Positions 10,170 through 19,968 of a DNA stretch of 64,000 nucleotides are shown in pieces. The first letter of the stretch is position 1. Every line of letters begins with the position of its first letter. The position numbers were made by a program, and so were the translations under genes. The stretch is taken from assembly GCA_030430535.1 (NCBI GenBank), contig JAUIKY010000011.1, positions 13,920 to 77,919 of the forward strand, in the 5' to 3' direction. The notes under the pieces were generated by a model that saw nothing but the letters and a program-made list of their open reading frames with translations, had not been told where the DNA came from and searched no databases. Source of the DNA: Bacteroidia bacterium (GTDB lineage Bacteria > Bacteroidota > Bacteroidia > Flavobacteriales > Flavobacteriaceae).

Positions 10170-11156
10170 ATGAAACGGATTATCATAACAGCCATTTTAT
10201 TGGCCATAACACTAGGTATCCGTGCCCAATCCAACACTACCCAAATTGAATACTTTTTGGATGTCGACAATGGATTTGGACAGAACACGGTAATTGATAT
10301 TGCATCGCCCGATATAGACATTACCGAAACCGTATTGGCAGATATTCCTTCTGGCACTTCGGTAGGTTATCACAAACTCTATATGCGGGTAAAGGATGCC
10401 GACGGAAACTGGAGCCAAACCATCAGAAAGCATATTGAAATTGTAGCGCCCTTTGTGGAAAACAATATTGTTATGGGCGAGTATTTTATCGATGAAGACT
10501 ACCAATACGGTACTGGAACATCGTTTGGCATTGACCCTGAAACGGATGATATTGAACAAGCGTTTACCGCACAAATAACGGCAAATGCACCATTGGGCTA
10601 TCACAAACTTTACGGAAGAGTAAAAGATGCTTACGGCAATTGGAGCCATACTTTCAGAAAAAATATCGAAGTTTACAAAAACCCAAATACCAATCTTGTA
10701 GAAATTGAATACTTTTTTGAGGATGACTCAGGGTTTGGCAATAACACTATTGTCAACATTGAGGAACCTGAAAACGACGGTACATGGACGTTTAACGTGC
10801 CTTACCCCACGGGCGATTACAATTTTGAAGATGTTCTTTTTCTACGGGTGAAAGATTCTAACGGAAATTGGTCCATCACCACAACTGTTGATGAAATAGC
10901 AACTTTAGGAGTTGATGATTTCTTACAGAAGTCCACTTTACTGTATCCTAACCCTTTTAACGAACAGCTAAACATGAGGCTAACCGAAAACGTTAATGTT
11001 CTAAAAACCGTAATCCATAATAATTTAGGGCAAACAGTTTACTCAAGTACAGAAAACAAAACTACTTTAAACGTTGAGCACCTAAAAAGCGGTTTGTATA
11101 TCTTAAATCTAAAAACTGATATGGGCACAGCCTCTTTTAAAATTGTTAAAAAGTAA
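10170..11156 (+). CDS. T9SS type A sorting domain protein with three EYFxD-repeat (Ig-like) modules
   Basis: Signal peptide; 3x EYF..D.G(F/Y)G ... RVKD..GNWS.T; C-terminal LYPNP...YILNL...KIVKK CTD. Confidence 0.8.
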   Translation: MKRIIITAILLAITLGIRAQSNTTQIEYFLDVDNGFGQNTVIDIASPDIDITETVLADIPSGTSVGYHKLYMRVKDADGNWSQTIRKHIEIVAPFVENNIVMGEYFIDEDYQYGTGTSFGIDPETDDIEQAFTAQITANAPLGYHKLYGRVKDAYGNWSHTFRKNIEVYKNPNTNLVEIEYFFEDDSGFGNNTIVNIEEPENDGTWTFNVPYPTGDYNFEDVLFLRVKDSNGNWSITTTVDEIATLGVDDFLQKSTLLYPNPFNEQLNMRLTENVNVLKTVIHNNLGQTVYSSTENKTTLNVEHLKSGLYILNLKTDMGTASFKIVKK

Positions 11157-11433
11157 AAGACACACCAATATAATACGACTGTGTTTCGACACCTCAATCA
11201 ATTAAAAATCAATCAATTTTGATGAGGTTGATTAAACCCAAACCGATTTTAACAGTCATACTATTGTACTATTAATTAAAAAGTTAAAATCATGAACTTT
11301 ATTTTGCTAGTACAGCTCTATTGAGAGCTTTAAATGTAAAATTGCTATTCTCAGTGGTCTGCTATGTTGGGGGAAATAAAAATGCGAGCTTTTCGGCTCG
11401 CATTTTTCATATTTACAATCAGTTTAATACTAT

Positions 11434-12444
11434 TTATTTCTGTGCGTTTCGCATAAACTCTTCGGCCTTTTCAACCATGTTTTTACTTCCGCAGATAAAT
11501 GGCACACGTTCATGGAGTTCAGTGGGTTGTATATCCAAAATTCGGGTCTTGCCATCGCTGGCCTTTCCGCTGGCCTGCTCTGCCAAAAACGCCATAGGGT
11601 TGCATTCGTATAGTAAACGCAACTTACCCTTTGGGTTTCTCGAGCCTTGAGGGTAAAGATAAATACCGCCTTTAATCATATTACGATGAAAATCGGAAAC
11701 CAACGAACCAATGTAACGCGAAGTATAGGGCCTATCGCCTTCCTCTTTTTGGCAATATTTTATGTAGTCTTTAATGCCTTGCGGAAAATCGATATAATTC
11801 CCTTCGTTTACCGAATAGATTTTACCATCCTCGGGAAACTGCATATCGGGATGAGACAAATAAAACGAACCAATGGCCGGGTTTAGCGTAAACCCATTAA
11901 CCCCAGCGCCAGTAGTGTAAACAAGCATGGTAGAGGTGCCATAAACCACATAACCCGCGGCTACTTGCTGGCTCCCTTTCTGAAGAAAATCTTTAAGTTG
12001 CACTGGAGTGCCCACAGGAGTTACACGTCTATAGATTGAAAAAATAGTACCTACCGATACGTTAACATCTATATTTGAAGAGCCGTCCAAAGGATCAATC
12101 AACACGACATACTTGTTTCCATGACTCTCGTCTTGGCTGTTAACAGTTATAAAATCATCTTCCTCCTCACTGGCAATACCGCAAACAATATTACGCTTGG
12201 TTAAGGTTTGTATAAACTTTTCGTTGGCATAAACATCCAGTTTTTGCTGGTCTTCCCCTTGAATGTTAGTATCGCCCGCAGCACCAATAATATCAACCAG
12301 CCCTGCTTTATTAACCTCGTGATTCACTACTTTTGCAGCCAGTCTAATAGAATTTAACAAACTGGATAATTCCCCTGAAGAATATCTAAACGCAGCTTGG
12401 TTTTCAATAATAAATTCGCCTAAAGTTTGTTTTTTATGTGCCAT
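11434..12444 (-). CDS. fbp: Class 1 fructose-1,6-bisphosphatase
   Basis: [39 protein letters not shown] motifs. Confidence 0.96.
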   Translation of the reverse strand: MAHKKQTLGEFIIENQAAFRYSSGELSSLLNSIRLAAKVVNHEVNKAGLVDIIGAAGDTNIQGEDQQKLDVYANEKFIQTLTKRNIVCGIASEEEDDFITVNSQDESHGNKYVVLIDPLDGSSNIDVNVSVGTIFSIYRRVTPVGTPVQLKDFLQKGSQQVAAGYVVYGTSTMLVYTTGAGVNGFTLNPAIGSFYLSHPDMQFPEDGKIYSVNEGNYIDFPQGIKDYIKYCQKEEGDRPYTSRYIGSLVSDFHRNMIKGGIYLYPQGSRNPKGKLRLLYECNPMAFLAEQASGKASDGKTRILDIQPTELHERVPFICGSKNMVEKAEEFMRNAQK

Positions 12445-12559
12445 AATGGATTGTTTATTAACACAAATTAACAGTTTTTTTTGGCAAACTACAACGTTTT
12501 CGTTAGCTATTCAATATTTATTTAACTTTAAACTATATTTGGTGTAATTTTTAAGAAAT

Positions 12560-13039
12560 ATGAATTTTACAATAAGAAGATCTACTAAAAATGATATGCC
12601 GCAAGTCTTGGATTTAATACAAGAACTTGCCATTTTTGAAAAAGAACCCGATGCCGTTGAAGTGACCATTAAAGACCTTGAGGAAGACGGGTTTGGACCA
12701 AACCCAGCATTTACTTGTTTTGTAGCCGAAACTGATGAAAAAATTAAAGGCATCGCATTGGTTTATAACCGCTACTCTACCTGGAAAGGCCGCATTCTGC
12801 ACTTAGAAGATTTGATTGTTAGCGAATCTGCTCGCGGAGCGGGAATAGGAACAGCTCTCTTAGACGAAGTGATAAAATACGGCCACAGCTTGGGCGTTAA
12901 ACGCATTAATTGGGAGGTGTTGGACTGGAACAAGCCCGCCATCGATTTTTACGAAAAAAAAGGCGCCAACGTACTACGCGAATGGAATGTAGTACACTTA
13001 ACCGAAAAAGGTATAAAAAATTACGTTTCAAAATTATAA
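12560..13039 (+). CDS. GNAT N-acetyltransferase (SSAT-like)
   Basis: YSTWKGRILHLEDLIV, RGAGIG acetyl-CoA motif, WEVLDWNKPAIDFY. Confidence 0.85.
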   Translation: MNFTIRRSTKNDMPQVLDLIQELAIFEKEPDAVEVTIKDLEEDGFGPNPAFTCFVAETDEKIKGIALVYNRYSTWKGRILHLEDLIVSESARGAGIGTALLDEVIKYGHSLGVKRINWEVLDWNKPAIDFYEKKGANVLREWNVVHLTEKGIKNYVSKL

Positions 13040-13040
13040 C

Positions 13041-14291
13041 ATGCAGGTATTCAAATTTGGCGGTGCCTCGGTAAAAGATGCCCATGGGGTTAAAAACCTT
13101 GTGAAAGTCTTGAAAATAGTAGGCTTTAAAAATACTTTAGTAGTGGTTTCCGCCATGGGAAAAACCACCAATGCCCTCGAGCTTGTGGTTAAAAATTATT
13201 TTGAAAACAAGACTGAGCTGCAAAGCGCCTTGCAGGACGTTAAAAAATACCACAACCAAATTCTGTTGGATTTATTTGATGATGAAAACCATCCCGCCTT
13301 TAAAAAAACCGCTGTACTTTTTGGCGAACTGGACGCCTTATTGAAAGTGAACAAATCGCCCGATTATAATTTTGTGTACGACCAAATTGTGAGCTATGGC
13401 GAACTCATTTCTACAACCATTGTGAGTGAGTTTCTAAACAATGTCGGACTAAAAAACCAATGGATAGATGCCCGAAACATAATAAAAACCAACAACTATT
13501 ACCGGCAAGCCCGAGTAGATTGGGATAGCACACAAAACCTTATCTCATCAAAATTCAATAAATCGGTTTTAAACATCACCCAAGGGTTTTTGGGCAGCGA
13601 CGACAATAATTTTACCACAACTCTAGGGCGAGAAGGCAGCGACTATACCGCAGCCATTTTTGCATACTGCTTAAATGCCGAAAGCGTCACCATTTGGAAA
13701 GACGTTCCTGGTGTGCTCAATGCCGATCCACGTTACTTTAACCATGCGCAACTGCTAAGCCACATGTCGTACCGCGAGGCTATCGAACTCACGTTCTACG
13801 GGGCTTCGGTAATCCACCCGAAAACTTTACAGCCGTTGCAACGCAAGGAAATTCCGCTTTATGTAAAATCGTTTTTAAACCCCATGCAACCTGGTACAGC
13901 CATTGGAAAAAATATAAACATGAAACCCATGGTGCCTTGCTTTATTCTTAAAAAGAATCAAATTCTCATTTCGCTGTCCTCTTTAGATTTTTCATTCATT
14001 GTGGAGGATAATATCAGTGAAATTTTCGCTCTGTTGCACCAATTCAAAATGAAAGTGGACGTTATTCAAAACTCTGCCATCAGCTTTTCGGTATGCATTG
14101 ATAATATTTACGACAAATTAGAATTACTTTTGCGACAATTAAAAGCAAAATTTAAAGTAACTTGTCACGAAAACGTGTCGCTTTACACCATTCGGCATTA
14201 TACCCCAACATCCATAAATCAAATTGAAACGGGTAAAACCGTGCTGTTAAAACAGTTAACGCCCGAAACCATACAAATAGTAACTAAATAA
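13041..14291 (+). CDS. lysC: Aspartate kinase
   Basis: VFKFGGASV, VVSAMGKTTN, TTLGREGSDYTA, WKDVPGV motifs plus ACT-like C-terminus. Confidence 0.92.
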   Translation: MQVFKFGGASVKDAHGVKNLVKVLKIVGFKNTLVVVSAMGKTTNALELVVKNYFENKTELQSALQDVKKYHNQILLDLFDDENHPAFKKTAVLFGELDALLKVNKSPDYNFVYDQIVSYGELISTTIVSEFLNNVGLKNQWIDARNIIKTNNYYRQARVDWDSTQNLISSKFNKSVLNITQGFLGSDDNNFTTTLGREGSDYTAAIFAYCLNAESVTIWKDVPGVLNADPRYFNHAQLLSHMSYREAIELTFYGASVIHPKTLQPLQRKEIPLYVKSFLNPMQPGTAIGKNINMKPMVPCFILKKNQILISLSSLDFSFIVEDNISEIFALLHQFKMKVDVIQNSAISFSVCIDNIYDKLELLLRQLKAKFKVTCHENVSLYTIRHYTPTSINQIETGKTVLLKQLTPETIQIVTK

Positions 14292-14312
14292 ACTATTTAG
14301 TACATTTACAGC

Positions 14313-16142
14313 ATGAGCAAACCACAACATACAGGTTTAGTATCTGCCAAAGAAGTAGCCAAAGCCATACAACTGGACAAATACGGTTTTATTGGCACCT
14401 TTATAGGGTGGCTACTAATGAAACTCCTTAAAATATCTACCCTCAACAAAATATACAACCGCAATAAACACCATTGCGATTTAAATTTTCTGAATGCCAT
14501 TTTGGACGATTTCCAAATAAAATTCGAAATCCCGGAAGAAGATTTAAAGCGATTGCCCAAAGATGGAGCTTACATTACCATTTCCAACCATCCCCTGGGT
14601 GGCATCGATGGCATTTTGCTGTTAAAATTAATGTTGGAACAGCGCAAGGATTTTAAAATTATAGCCAACTTTTTGCTGCATCGCATCGAGCCTTTAAAGC
14701 CTTTTATCATGCCGGTAAATCCGTTTGAGGACAGAAAGGATGCCAAATCGAGCGTAGCGGGTTTTAAAAATTCCATTTTACATTTACGGGAGGGACATCC
14801 GTTGGGCATTTTCCCTGCCGGAGAAGTATCCACGTACCGCGATGGCAAATTGGTGGTAGACCGCCCTTGGGAAGAAGCCGCCATGAAATTGGTGAAAAAA
14901 GCCGAAGTGCCAGTGGTACCCATTTATTTTCACGCCAAAAACAGCAAATTGTTCTACAAGCTTTCAAAAATCAGCGATACGTTCAGAACGGCCAAACTCC
15001 CTTCAGAGCTGCTCACCCAAAAGCGTCGCACCATTAAAGTTAGAATTGGAAGGCCTATTTTGGTAGAAGACCAAAAAGAACACACCAACCTCAAAGATTT
15101 TTCAGAATTTTTACGTCGAAAAACCTATATGTTGGCCAATGCCTTTGAGCATAAATCGAAAATTCTAGACGGGCTATCATCAACCTTAAAAGCGCCAAAA
15201 GCACCAAAAAATATTGTAACTCCAGTTGATTCGGCACTAATGGCCGCTGAAGTTGAAATGCTTAGGGAAGATGGCTCCCGCCTACTAGAAAGCAAAAATT
15301 ACGAGGTGTTTTTAGCCGAGGCGAAAAAAGTACCCAACATACTCCGAGAAATTGGCAGGCTACGCGAAATCACTTTTAGGGAAGTGGGCGAAGGCACCAA
15401 TGAAGCCATCGATTTAGACCATTTTGATGAATATTACCACCACATGTTTTTGTGGGACAATGAAAAAAATGTGATGGTGGGCGCCTACCGAATGGGCTTA
15501 GGCTCACAGATTTTTGAGCGTTTTGGTATTAACGGGTTTTATTTGCAAGACCTTTTTAGGTTTGAACCCGAATTGTATAAAATGATGAGCGAATCCATTG
15601 AAATGGGTCGTGCCTTCATCATTAAAGAATACCAACAAAAGCCCATGCCTTTATTTTTACTTTGGAAAGGCATTGTGCACACTACCCTGCGCTACCCCGA
15701 GCACAATTACTTAATTGGTGGGGTGAGCATTAGCAATCAGTTTTCGAACTTCTCGAAATCGTTGATGATTGAGTTTATGAAATCGCATTACTACGACCCT
15801 TATATTGCGCAGTATGTTCGGCCAAAAAAGGAGTTTAAGGTAAAACTGAAAGATGCCGACAAAGATTTTGTTTTCGATGAAACCGAAGCCGATCTAAACA
15901 AATTCGACAAAATTATTGATGAAATTGAACCCGGAGCATTACGCCTACCCGTTCTATTAAAAAAATACATTAAACAAAATGCTAAATTGGTGGCCTTTAA
16001 TGTAGACCCGTTATTCAACAACTCTGTGGATGGATTGATGTACATTAAAATCGCCGACCTCCCCGAAAGTACCGTACGCCCTGTTATGGAAGAGTTCCAA
16101 GCCGAACTGGAACGCAAGTTTAACGGCAATAATGGAGAATAA
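14313..16142 (+). CDS. Bifunctional acyltransferase: PlsC-like domain + GNAT_5 (OlsB-like) domain; OlsF-like aminolipid synthase
   Basis: NHPLGGIDG (HX4D) and FPAGEVS in N-half; IGRLREITFREVGEG, DLDHFD, EMGRAFI in C-half. Confidence 0.75.
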   Translation: MSKPQHTGLVSAKEVAKAIQLDKYGFIGTFIGWLLMKLLKISTLNKIYNRNKHHCDLNFLNAILDDFQIKFEIPEEDLKRLPKDGAYITISNHPLGGIDGILLLKLMLEQRKDFKIIANFLLHRIEPLKPFIMPVNPFEDRKDAKSSVAGFKNSILHLREGHPLGIFPAGEVSTYRDGKLVVDRPWEEAAMKLVKKAEVPVVPIYFHAKNSKLFYKLSKISDTFRTAKLPSELLTQKRRTIKVRIGRPILVEDQKEHTNLKDFSEFLRRKTYMLANAFEHKSKILDGLSSTLKAPKAPKNIVTPVDSALMAAEVEMLREDGSRLLESKNYEVFLAEAKKVPNILREIGRLREITFREVGEGTNEAIDLDHFDEYYHHMFLWDNEKNVMVGAYRMGLGSQIFERFGINGFYLQDLFRFEPELYKMMSESIEMGRAFIIKEYQQKPMPLFLLWKGIVHTTLRYPEHNYLIGGVSISNQFSNFSKSLMIEFMKSHYYDPYIAQYVRPKKEFKVKLKDADKDFVFDETEADLNKFDKIIDEIEPGALRLPVLLKKYIKQNAKLVAFNVDPLFNNSVDGLMYIKIADLPESTVRPVMEEFQAELERKFNGNNGE

Positions 16143-16172
16143 ATCACTTTATTTCAAAAAAGAACAGGTAAT

Positions 16173-16208
16173 AAAAAAAGCCTTTACAAGAATACTTGTA
16201 AAGGCTTT
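16173..16208 (-). terminator. Intrinsic terminator of tRNA operon
   Basis: AAAGCCTTTACAAG-aata-CTTGTAAAGGCTTT 14-bp stem, T-tract on minus strand. Confidence 0.85.
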
Positions 16209-16209
16209 G

Positions 16210-16294
16210 TACTGAAGGCGGGACTTGAACCCGCACGGCCATAATGGCCATTGGATTTTAAGTCCAACGTGTCTACCAATTCCACCACTTCAGC
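16210..16294 (-). tRNA. tRNA-Leu(TAA)
   Basis: Acceptor GCTGAAG/CTTCAGT, D-loop GGAATTGGTAGAC, anticodon arm TTGGA-CTTAAAA-TCCAA, long variable arm, GGTTCAAGTCC. Confidence 0.95.
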
Positions 16295-16317
16295 TTGGTA
16301 CTTTTCAATAAAATTAG

Positions 16318-16389
16318 AGCGAAAGACGGGATTTGAACCCGCGACCCTCACCTTGGCAAGGTGATGCTCTACCCCTGAGCTACTTTCGC
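16318..16389 (-). tRNA. tRNA-Gly(GCC)
   Basis: Acceptor GCGAAAG/CTTTCGC, anticodon arm TCACC-TTGCCAA-GGTGA, GGTTCAAATCC. Confidence 0.95.
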
Positions 16390-16427
16390 ATTATGTTGTT
16401 GAACGTTGCAATACCGTATTGCGGATG

Positions 16428-16457
16428 CAAATTTAAAATATTTCCATTAAATCCAAA
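16428..16457 (-). promoter_or_regulatory. Bacteroidota sigma70 promoter for tRNA-Gly/Leu
   Basis: Minus strand TTTG-18 nt-TAAATTTG matches -33 TTTG / -7 TAnnTTTG. Confidence 0.65.
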
Positions 16458-16486
16458 GCCTTTTATCAAAATAAATGAAATAATTT

Positions 16487-19096
16487 TTAAGCCTGCTTTT
16501 TCTTAACCAACATGCGCTTAATTTCATTCAATTTCATAAGGGCTTCAACAGGTGTAAGGGTATCAATATCAGTATGTAAAATTTCGTCCTTTATATTTTC
16601 GAGCAACGGATCATCCAAATTGAAAAAACTCAACTGCATATCGTTTTCTAAAGATTTCACCTTATCGGTAAGCTCTTCACTGGAATGCGACTGCTCTAAT
16701 TTCTTCAAAATTTTGTTGGCACGGTGCAAAACCTGTTGTGGCATACCTGCCATTTTAGCCACATGGATTCCAAAACTATGGTGGCTACCGCCTTCAACCA
16801 GTTTTCTTAAAAACAGCACATTGTCTTTCAATTCCTTAACCGAAACATTGAAGTTTTTGATTCGCTCAAAAGTTTCGGTCATTTCATTAAGCTCGTGGTA
16901 ATGGGTGGCAAAAAGTGTTTTGGGTTTGGCGGGGTGTTCGTGCAAGTATTCACTAATCGCCCAAGCAATGGAAATACCATCATAGGTACTGGTTCCCCGG
17001 CCGATTTCATCCAGTAACACTAAACTTCGTTCTGAGATATTATTCAAAATGGAAGCCGTTTCATTCATTTCTACCATAAAGGTCGATTCGCCCATCGAAA
17101 TATTATCGCTCGCCCCTACCCTAGTAAAAATCTTATCGATTAGGCCAATTTTTGCCTCCTTAGCAGGAACAAAACTTCCAATTTGAGCCAACAGAACGAT
17201 TAATGCCGTTTGGCGCAAAATGGCCGATTTACCCGACATATTAGGCCCAGTAATCATAATAATTTGTTGCGATGCCCGATCCAAAAACACATCGTTGGCA
17301 ATATAGGCTTCTCCCAATGGCAACTGCTTTTCGATAACCGGATGGCGCCCATCCTTAATTTCCAAATCGTGCGAATCGTCTATATCGGGGCACACATAAT
17401 GATTGTCTTTCGCCAATTGCGCAAAACCGCATAAGCAATCCAACTGCCCAATAAGGTAAGCATTTTGTTGAACCGCTTTTATATACTGGTTCATCCACAC
17501 CACCAAGTCTGAAAACAACTGTTGCTCAATAGCCAAAATACGCTCTTCGGCACCTAAAATCTTGGCCTCGTATTCTTTCAGTTCTTCGGTAATGTACCGC
17601 TCGGCACTTACCAAAGTCTGTTTCCTTATCCAATCGGCTGGCACTTTATCTTTGTGCGTGTTCCGTACTTCAATATAATAACCAAACACGTTGTTGGAAG
17701 CGATTTTCAAAGAGGTTATACCAGTGCGCTCACTTTCGCGTTCCAGCATATTGTCCAAATAATCTTTTCCCGATTTTGAAAGATTTCTGAGCTCATCCAA
17801 TTCCGAAGAAAACCCTTCTGCAATGGTATTTCCTTTCAATACATTTACGGGAGCTTCCTCATTTAGCGTTTGTTTTATTTTTTCGCGAAGCACATCGCAA
17901 CTTTGCAGCGTATCGCCAATAATTTTCAGCGACTCGTTGTCGCAATTCGATGCCAATGATTTAATCGGAACAATAGCTTCCAAAGAATTTTTAAGCTGAA
18001 TGACCTCTCGTGGATTCACCTTTCCAGTAGCCGTTTTGGAAATCAAACGTTCCAAATCCCCAATGTGCTTAATATGATTTTGTATTTTCTGAAGCACCGA
18101 ATTTTCCGAAGACAAAAACCCGACTACCTGATGCCGTTGCTTTATTTTTTCCAAACTTTTTAAAGGCAGCGCCAACCATCGTTTCAACAGCCTTCCGCCC
18201 ATAGGCGAAATGGTTTTATCAATTACATTGAGCAAGGTTACCGCATTGTTGTTGGTGGAATTATAAAGCTCTAAATTCCGGATGGTAAATTTATCCATCC
18301 ACACGTAATCGTCTTCCGCAATGCGGGCTACCGAAGTAATATGTTCCAATTTGTGGTGCTGCGTTTCGCCCAAATAATGCAAAATGGAACCCGATGCTAT
18401 GATTCCCTCGTACAAATCTTCAATACCAAAGCCCTTTAGCGTTTTGGTGTTGAAATGTTTGGTAAGCGTTTCGTAGGCATAATCGGTTTGATACACCCAA
18501 TCTTCCAAATAAAAGGTATGAAAATCGTCGCCAAAAGTGTCTTTGAACAAGCTCCGTTTCTGTTTGGACACCAACACCTCACTGGGGCTAAAGTTTTGTA
18601 ACAATTTATCGATGTACTCGGCATTGCCCTGCGAAGTTAAAAACTCGCCCGTTGAAATATCTAAAAATGAAATTCCTATGTATTTTTTATCGAAATACAC
18701 CGAACACAAAAAGTTATTCGATTTAGACACCAAAACCTCATCATTCAATGCCACACCAGGCGTTACCAATTCGGTTACGCCACGTTTTACAATGGTTTTG
18801 GTTTGTTTGGGATCTTCCAATTGGTCGCAAATGGCCACACGCTCGCCCGCTTTTACCAATTTTGGCAAATACGTGTTGAGCGAGTGGTGTGGAAATCCAG
18901 CCAATTCGGTCTTTTCGCCACCGTTATTTCTATTGGTTAACACAATACCCAAAATACCGGCCGCCCTTACGGCATCTTCTCCAAAGGTTTCGTAAAAATC
19001 GCCCACGCGAAACAACAACAACGCATCGGGGTACTTGGCCTTTATGGCATTGTACTGCTTCATTAGCGGGGTTTCCTTTTTTGCTTTTTTTGTCAT
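16487..19096 (-). CDS. mutS: DNA mismatch repair protein MutS
   Basis: [21 protein letters not shown] Walker [31 protein letters not shown]. Confidence 0.98.
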   Translation of the reverse strand: MTKKAKKETPLMKQYNAIKAKYPDALLLFRVGDFYETFGEDAVRAAGILGIVLTNRNNGGEKTELAGFPHHSLNTYLPKLVKAGERVAICDQLEDPKQTKTIVKRGVTELVTPGVALNDEVLVSKSNNFLCSVYFDKKYIGISFLDISTGEFLTSQGNAEYIDKLLQNFSPSEVLVSKQKRSLFKDTFGDDFHTFYLEDWVYQTDYAYETLTKHFNTKTLKGFGIEDLYEGIIASGSILHYLGETQHHKLEHITSVARIAEDDYVWMDKFTIRNLELYNSTNNNAVTLLNVIDKTISPMGGRLLKRWLALPLKSLEKIKQRHQVVGFLSSENSVLQKIQNHIKHIGDLERLISKTATGKVNPREVIQLKNSLEAIVPIKSLASNCDNESLKIIGDTLQSCDVLREKIKQTLNEEAPVNVLKGNTIAEGFSSELDELRNLSKSGKDYLDNMLERESERTGITSLKIASNNVFGYYIEVRNTHKDKVPADWIRKQTLVSAERYITEELKEYEAKILGAEERILAIEQQLFSDLVVWMNQYIKAVQQNAYLIGQLDCLCGFAQLAKDNHYVCPDIDDSHDLEIKDGRHPVIEKQLPLGEAYIANDVFLDRASQQIIMITGPNMSGKSAILRQTALIVLLAQIGSFVPAKEAKIGLIDKIFTRVGASDNISMGESTFMVEMNETASILNNISERSLVLLDEIGRGTSTYDGISIAWAISEYLHEHPAKPKTLFATHYHELNEMTETFERIKNFNVSVKELKDNVLFLRKLVEGGSHHSFGIHVAKMAGMPQQVLHRANKILKKLEQSHSSEELTDKVKSLENDMQLSFFNLDDPLLENIKDEILHTDIDTLTPVEALMKLNEIKRMLVKKKQA

Positions 19097-19104
19097 ATCC
19101 TTTT

Positions 19105-19129
19105 GTCATTCCCACGAAGGTGGAAATCT
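19105..19129. repeat. REP-like palindrome (GTCATTCC type)
   Basis: GTCATTCCCACGAAGGTGGAAATCT = ATTCCC-N8-GGAAAT dyad. Confidence 0.55.
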
Positions 19130-19262
19130 AACGGTAAAATGGTTTTTTAATGTTACTTTTGAAAAAAATTGTAGCATGCAATGTACTACTAATTTCATGT
19201 TTTTTGAAACTGGACACAATCAAGTTATCTACAATTCAATTAAGATGTCAACAATAACCCTT

Positions 19263-19350
19263 GTCATGCTGAGCGCAGTCGAAGCATCTTTTTATTAAGA
19301 TTGCCACACTTCGAATGCGCTCAGTGCAGGCTGTGCCTCCTCTCAATGAC
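19263..19350. repeat. Composite REP-like element (GTCA...ATCT / AGAT...TGAC with nested CTGAGCGCAGTCGAAG family)
   Basis: GTCATGCTGAGCGCAGTCGAAGCATCT at 19263-19289 and inverted partner CTTCGAATGCGCTCAG nested in AGATTGCCAC...TCAATGAC. Confidence 0.7.
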
Positions 19351-19364
19351 GAAACAAAACTAAT

Positions 19365-19901
19365 ATGCGTAAACTAAAAAACAGCGAACTGGACCGACTG
19401 AGTGTCGACGATTTTAAAGAAGCAGATAAAACGCCCATCATTATTGTACTCGACAATATTAGAAGTTTAAACAATATTGGCTCTGTGTTTAGAACCAGCG
19501 ACGCCTTTTTAATTGAAAAGATTTACCTCTGTGGTATTACCGCCCAACCACCCCACAAAGACATACACAAAACAGCTTTGGGTAGCACCGATACTGTAGA
19601 TTGGGAATATGCCAAAGACACCATGCAGGTTGTTGAAAAACTGAAATCTGAAGGTGTAAAAATATGCTCCGTCGAACAGGCCGAAAACGCTACCATGCTA
19701 AACGATTTTGAGATTGAACCTGACACGAAATACGCCCTAATTTTTGGAAACGAAGTAAAAGGCGTGGCGCAAAATGTGGTTTCAGCCAGCGACATAGTGG
19801 TTGAAATTCCGCAGTTTGGCAGCAAACACTCTCTGAATATATCGGTGAGCTGCGGGGTTGTGGTTTGGGATGTTTTTAGTAAGTTGAAAAAGCCCATCTA
19901 A
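19365..19901 (+). CDS. TrmH/SpoU family RNA methyltransferase
   Basis: VLDNIRSLNNIGSVFRT, IFGNEVKG, EIPQFGSKHSLNISV SPOUT motifs. Confidence 0.9.
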   Translation: MRKLKNSELDRLSVDDFKEADKTPIIIVLDNIRSLNNIGSVFRTSDAFLIEKIYLCGITAQPPHKDIHKTALGSTDTVDWEYAKDTMQVVEKLKSEGVKICSVEQAENATMLNDFEIEPDTKYALIFGNEVKGVAQNVVSASDIVVEIPQFGSKHSLNISVSCGVVVWDVFSKLKKPI

Positions 19902-19922
19902 ATCTTCCCGAAGGGAAGACTT
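19892..19922 (+). repeat. CCTCCCC-GAA-GGGGAGG family palindrome overlapping the TrmH stop codon
   Basis: GCCCATCTAAATCTTCCCGAAGGGAAGACTT aligns with the copy at 59524-59554. Confidence 0.6.
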
Positions 19923-19968
19923 GCTACTGTTGCTCAACATACCGTATTTGTAAAGTTTTCTTCATCAA

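Noticed and set aside
16210-16389. tRNAs as island integration sites (also 48169-48250)
   Set aside because: Flanks are housekeeping genes; no integrase and no duplicated tRNA 3' end was found in the window.
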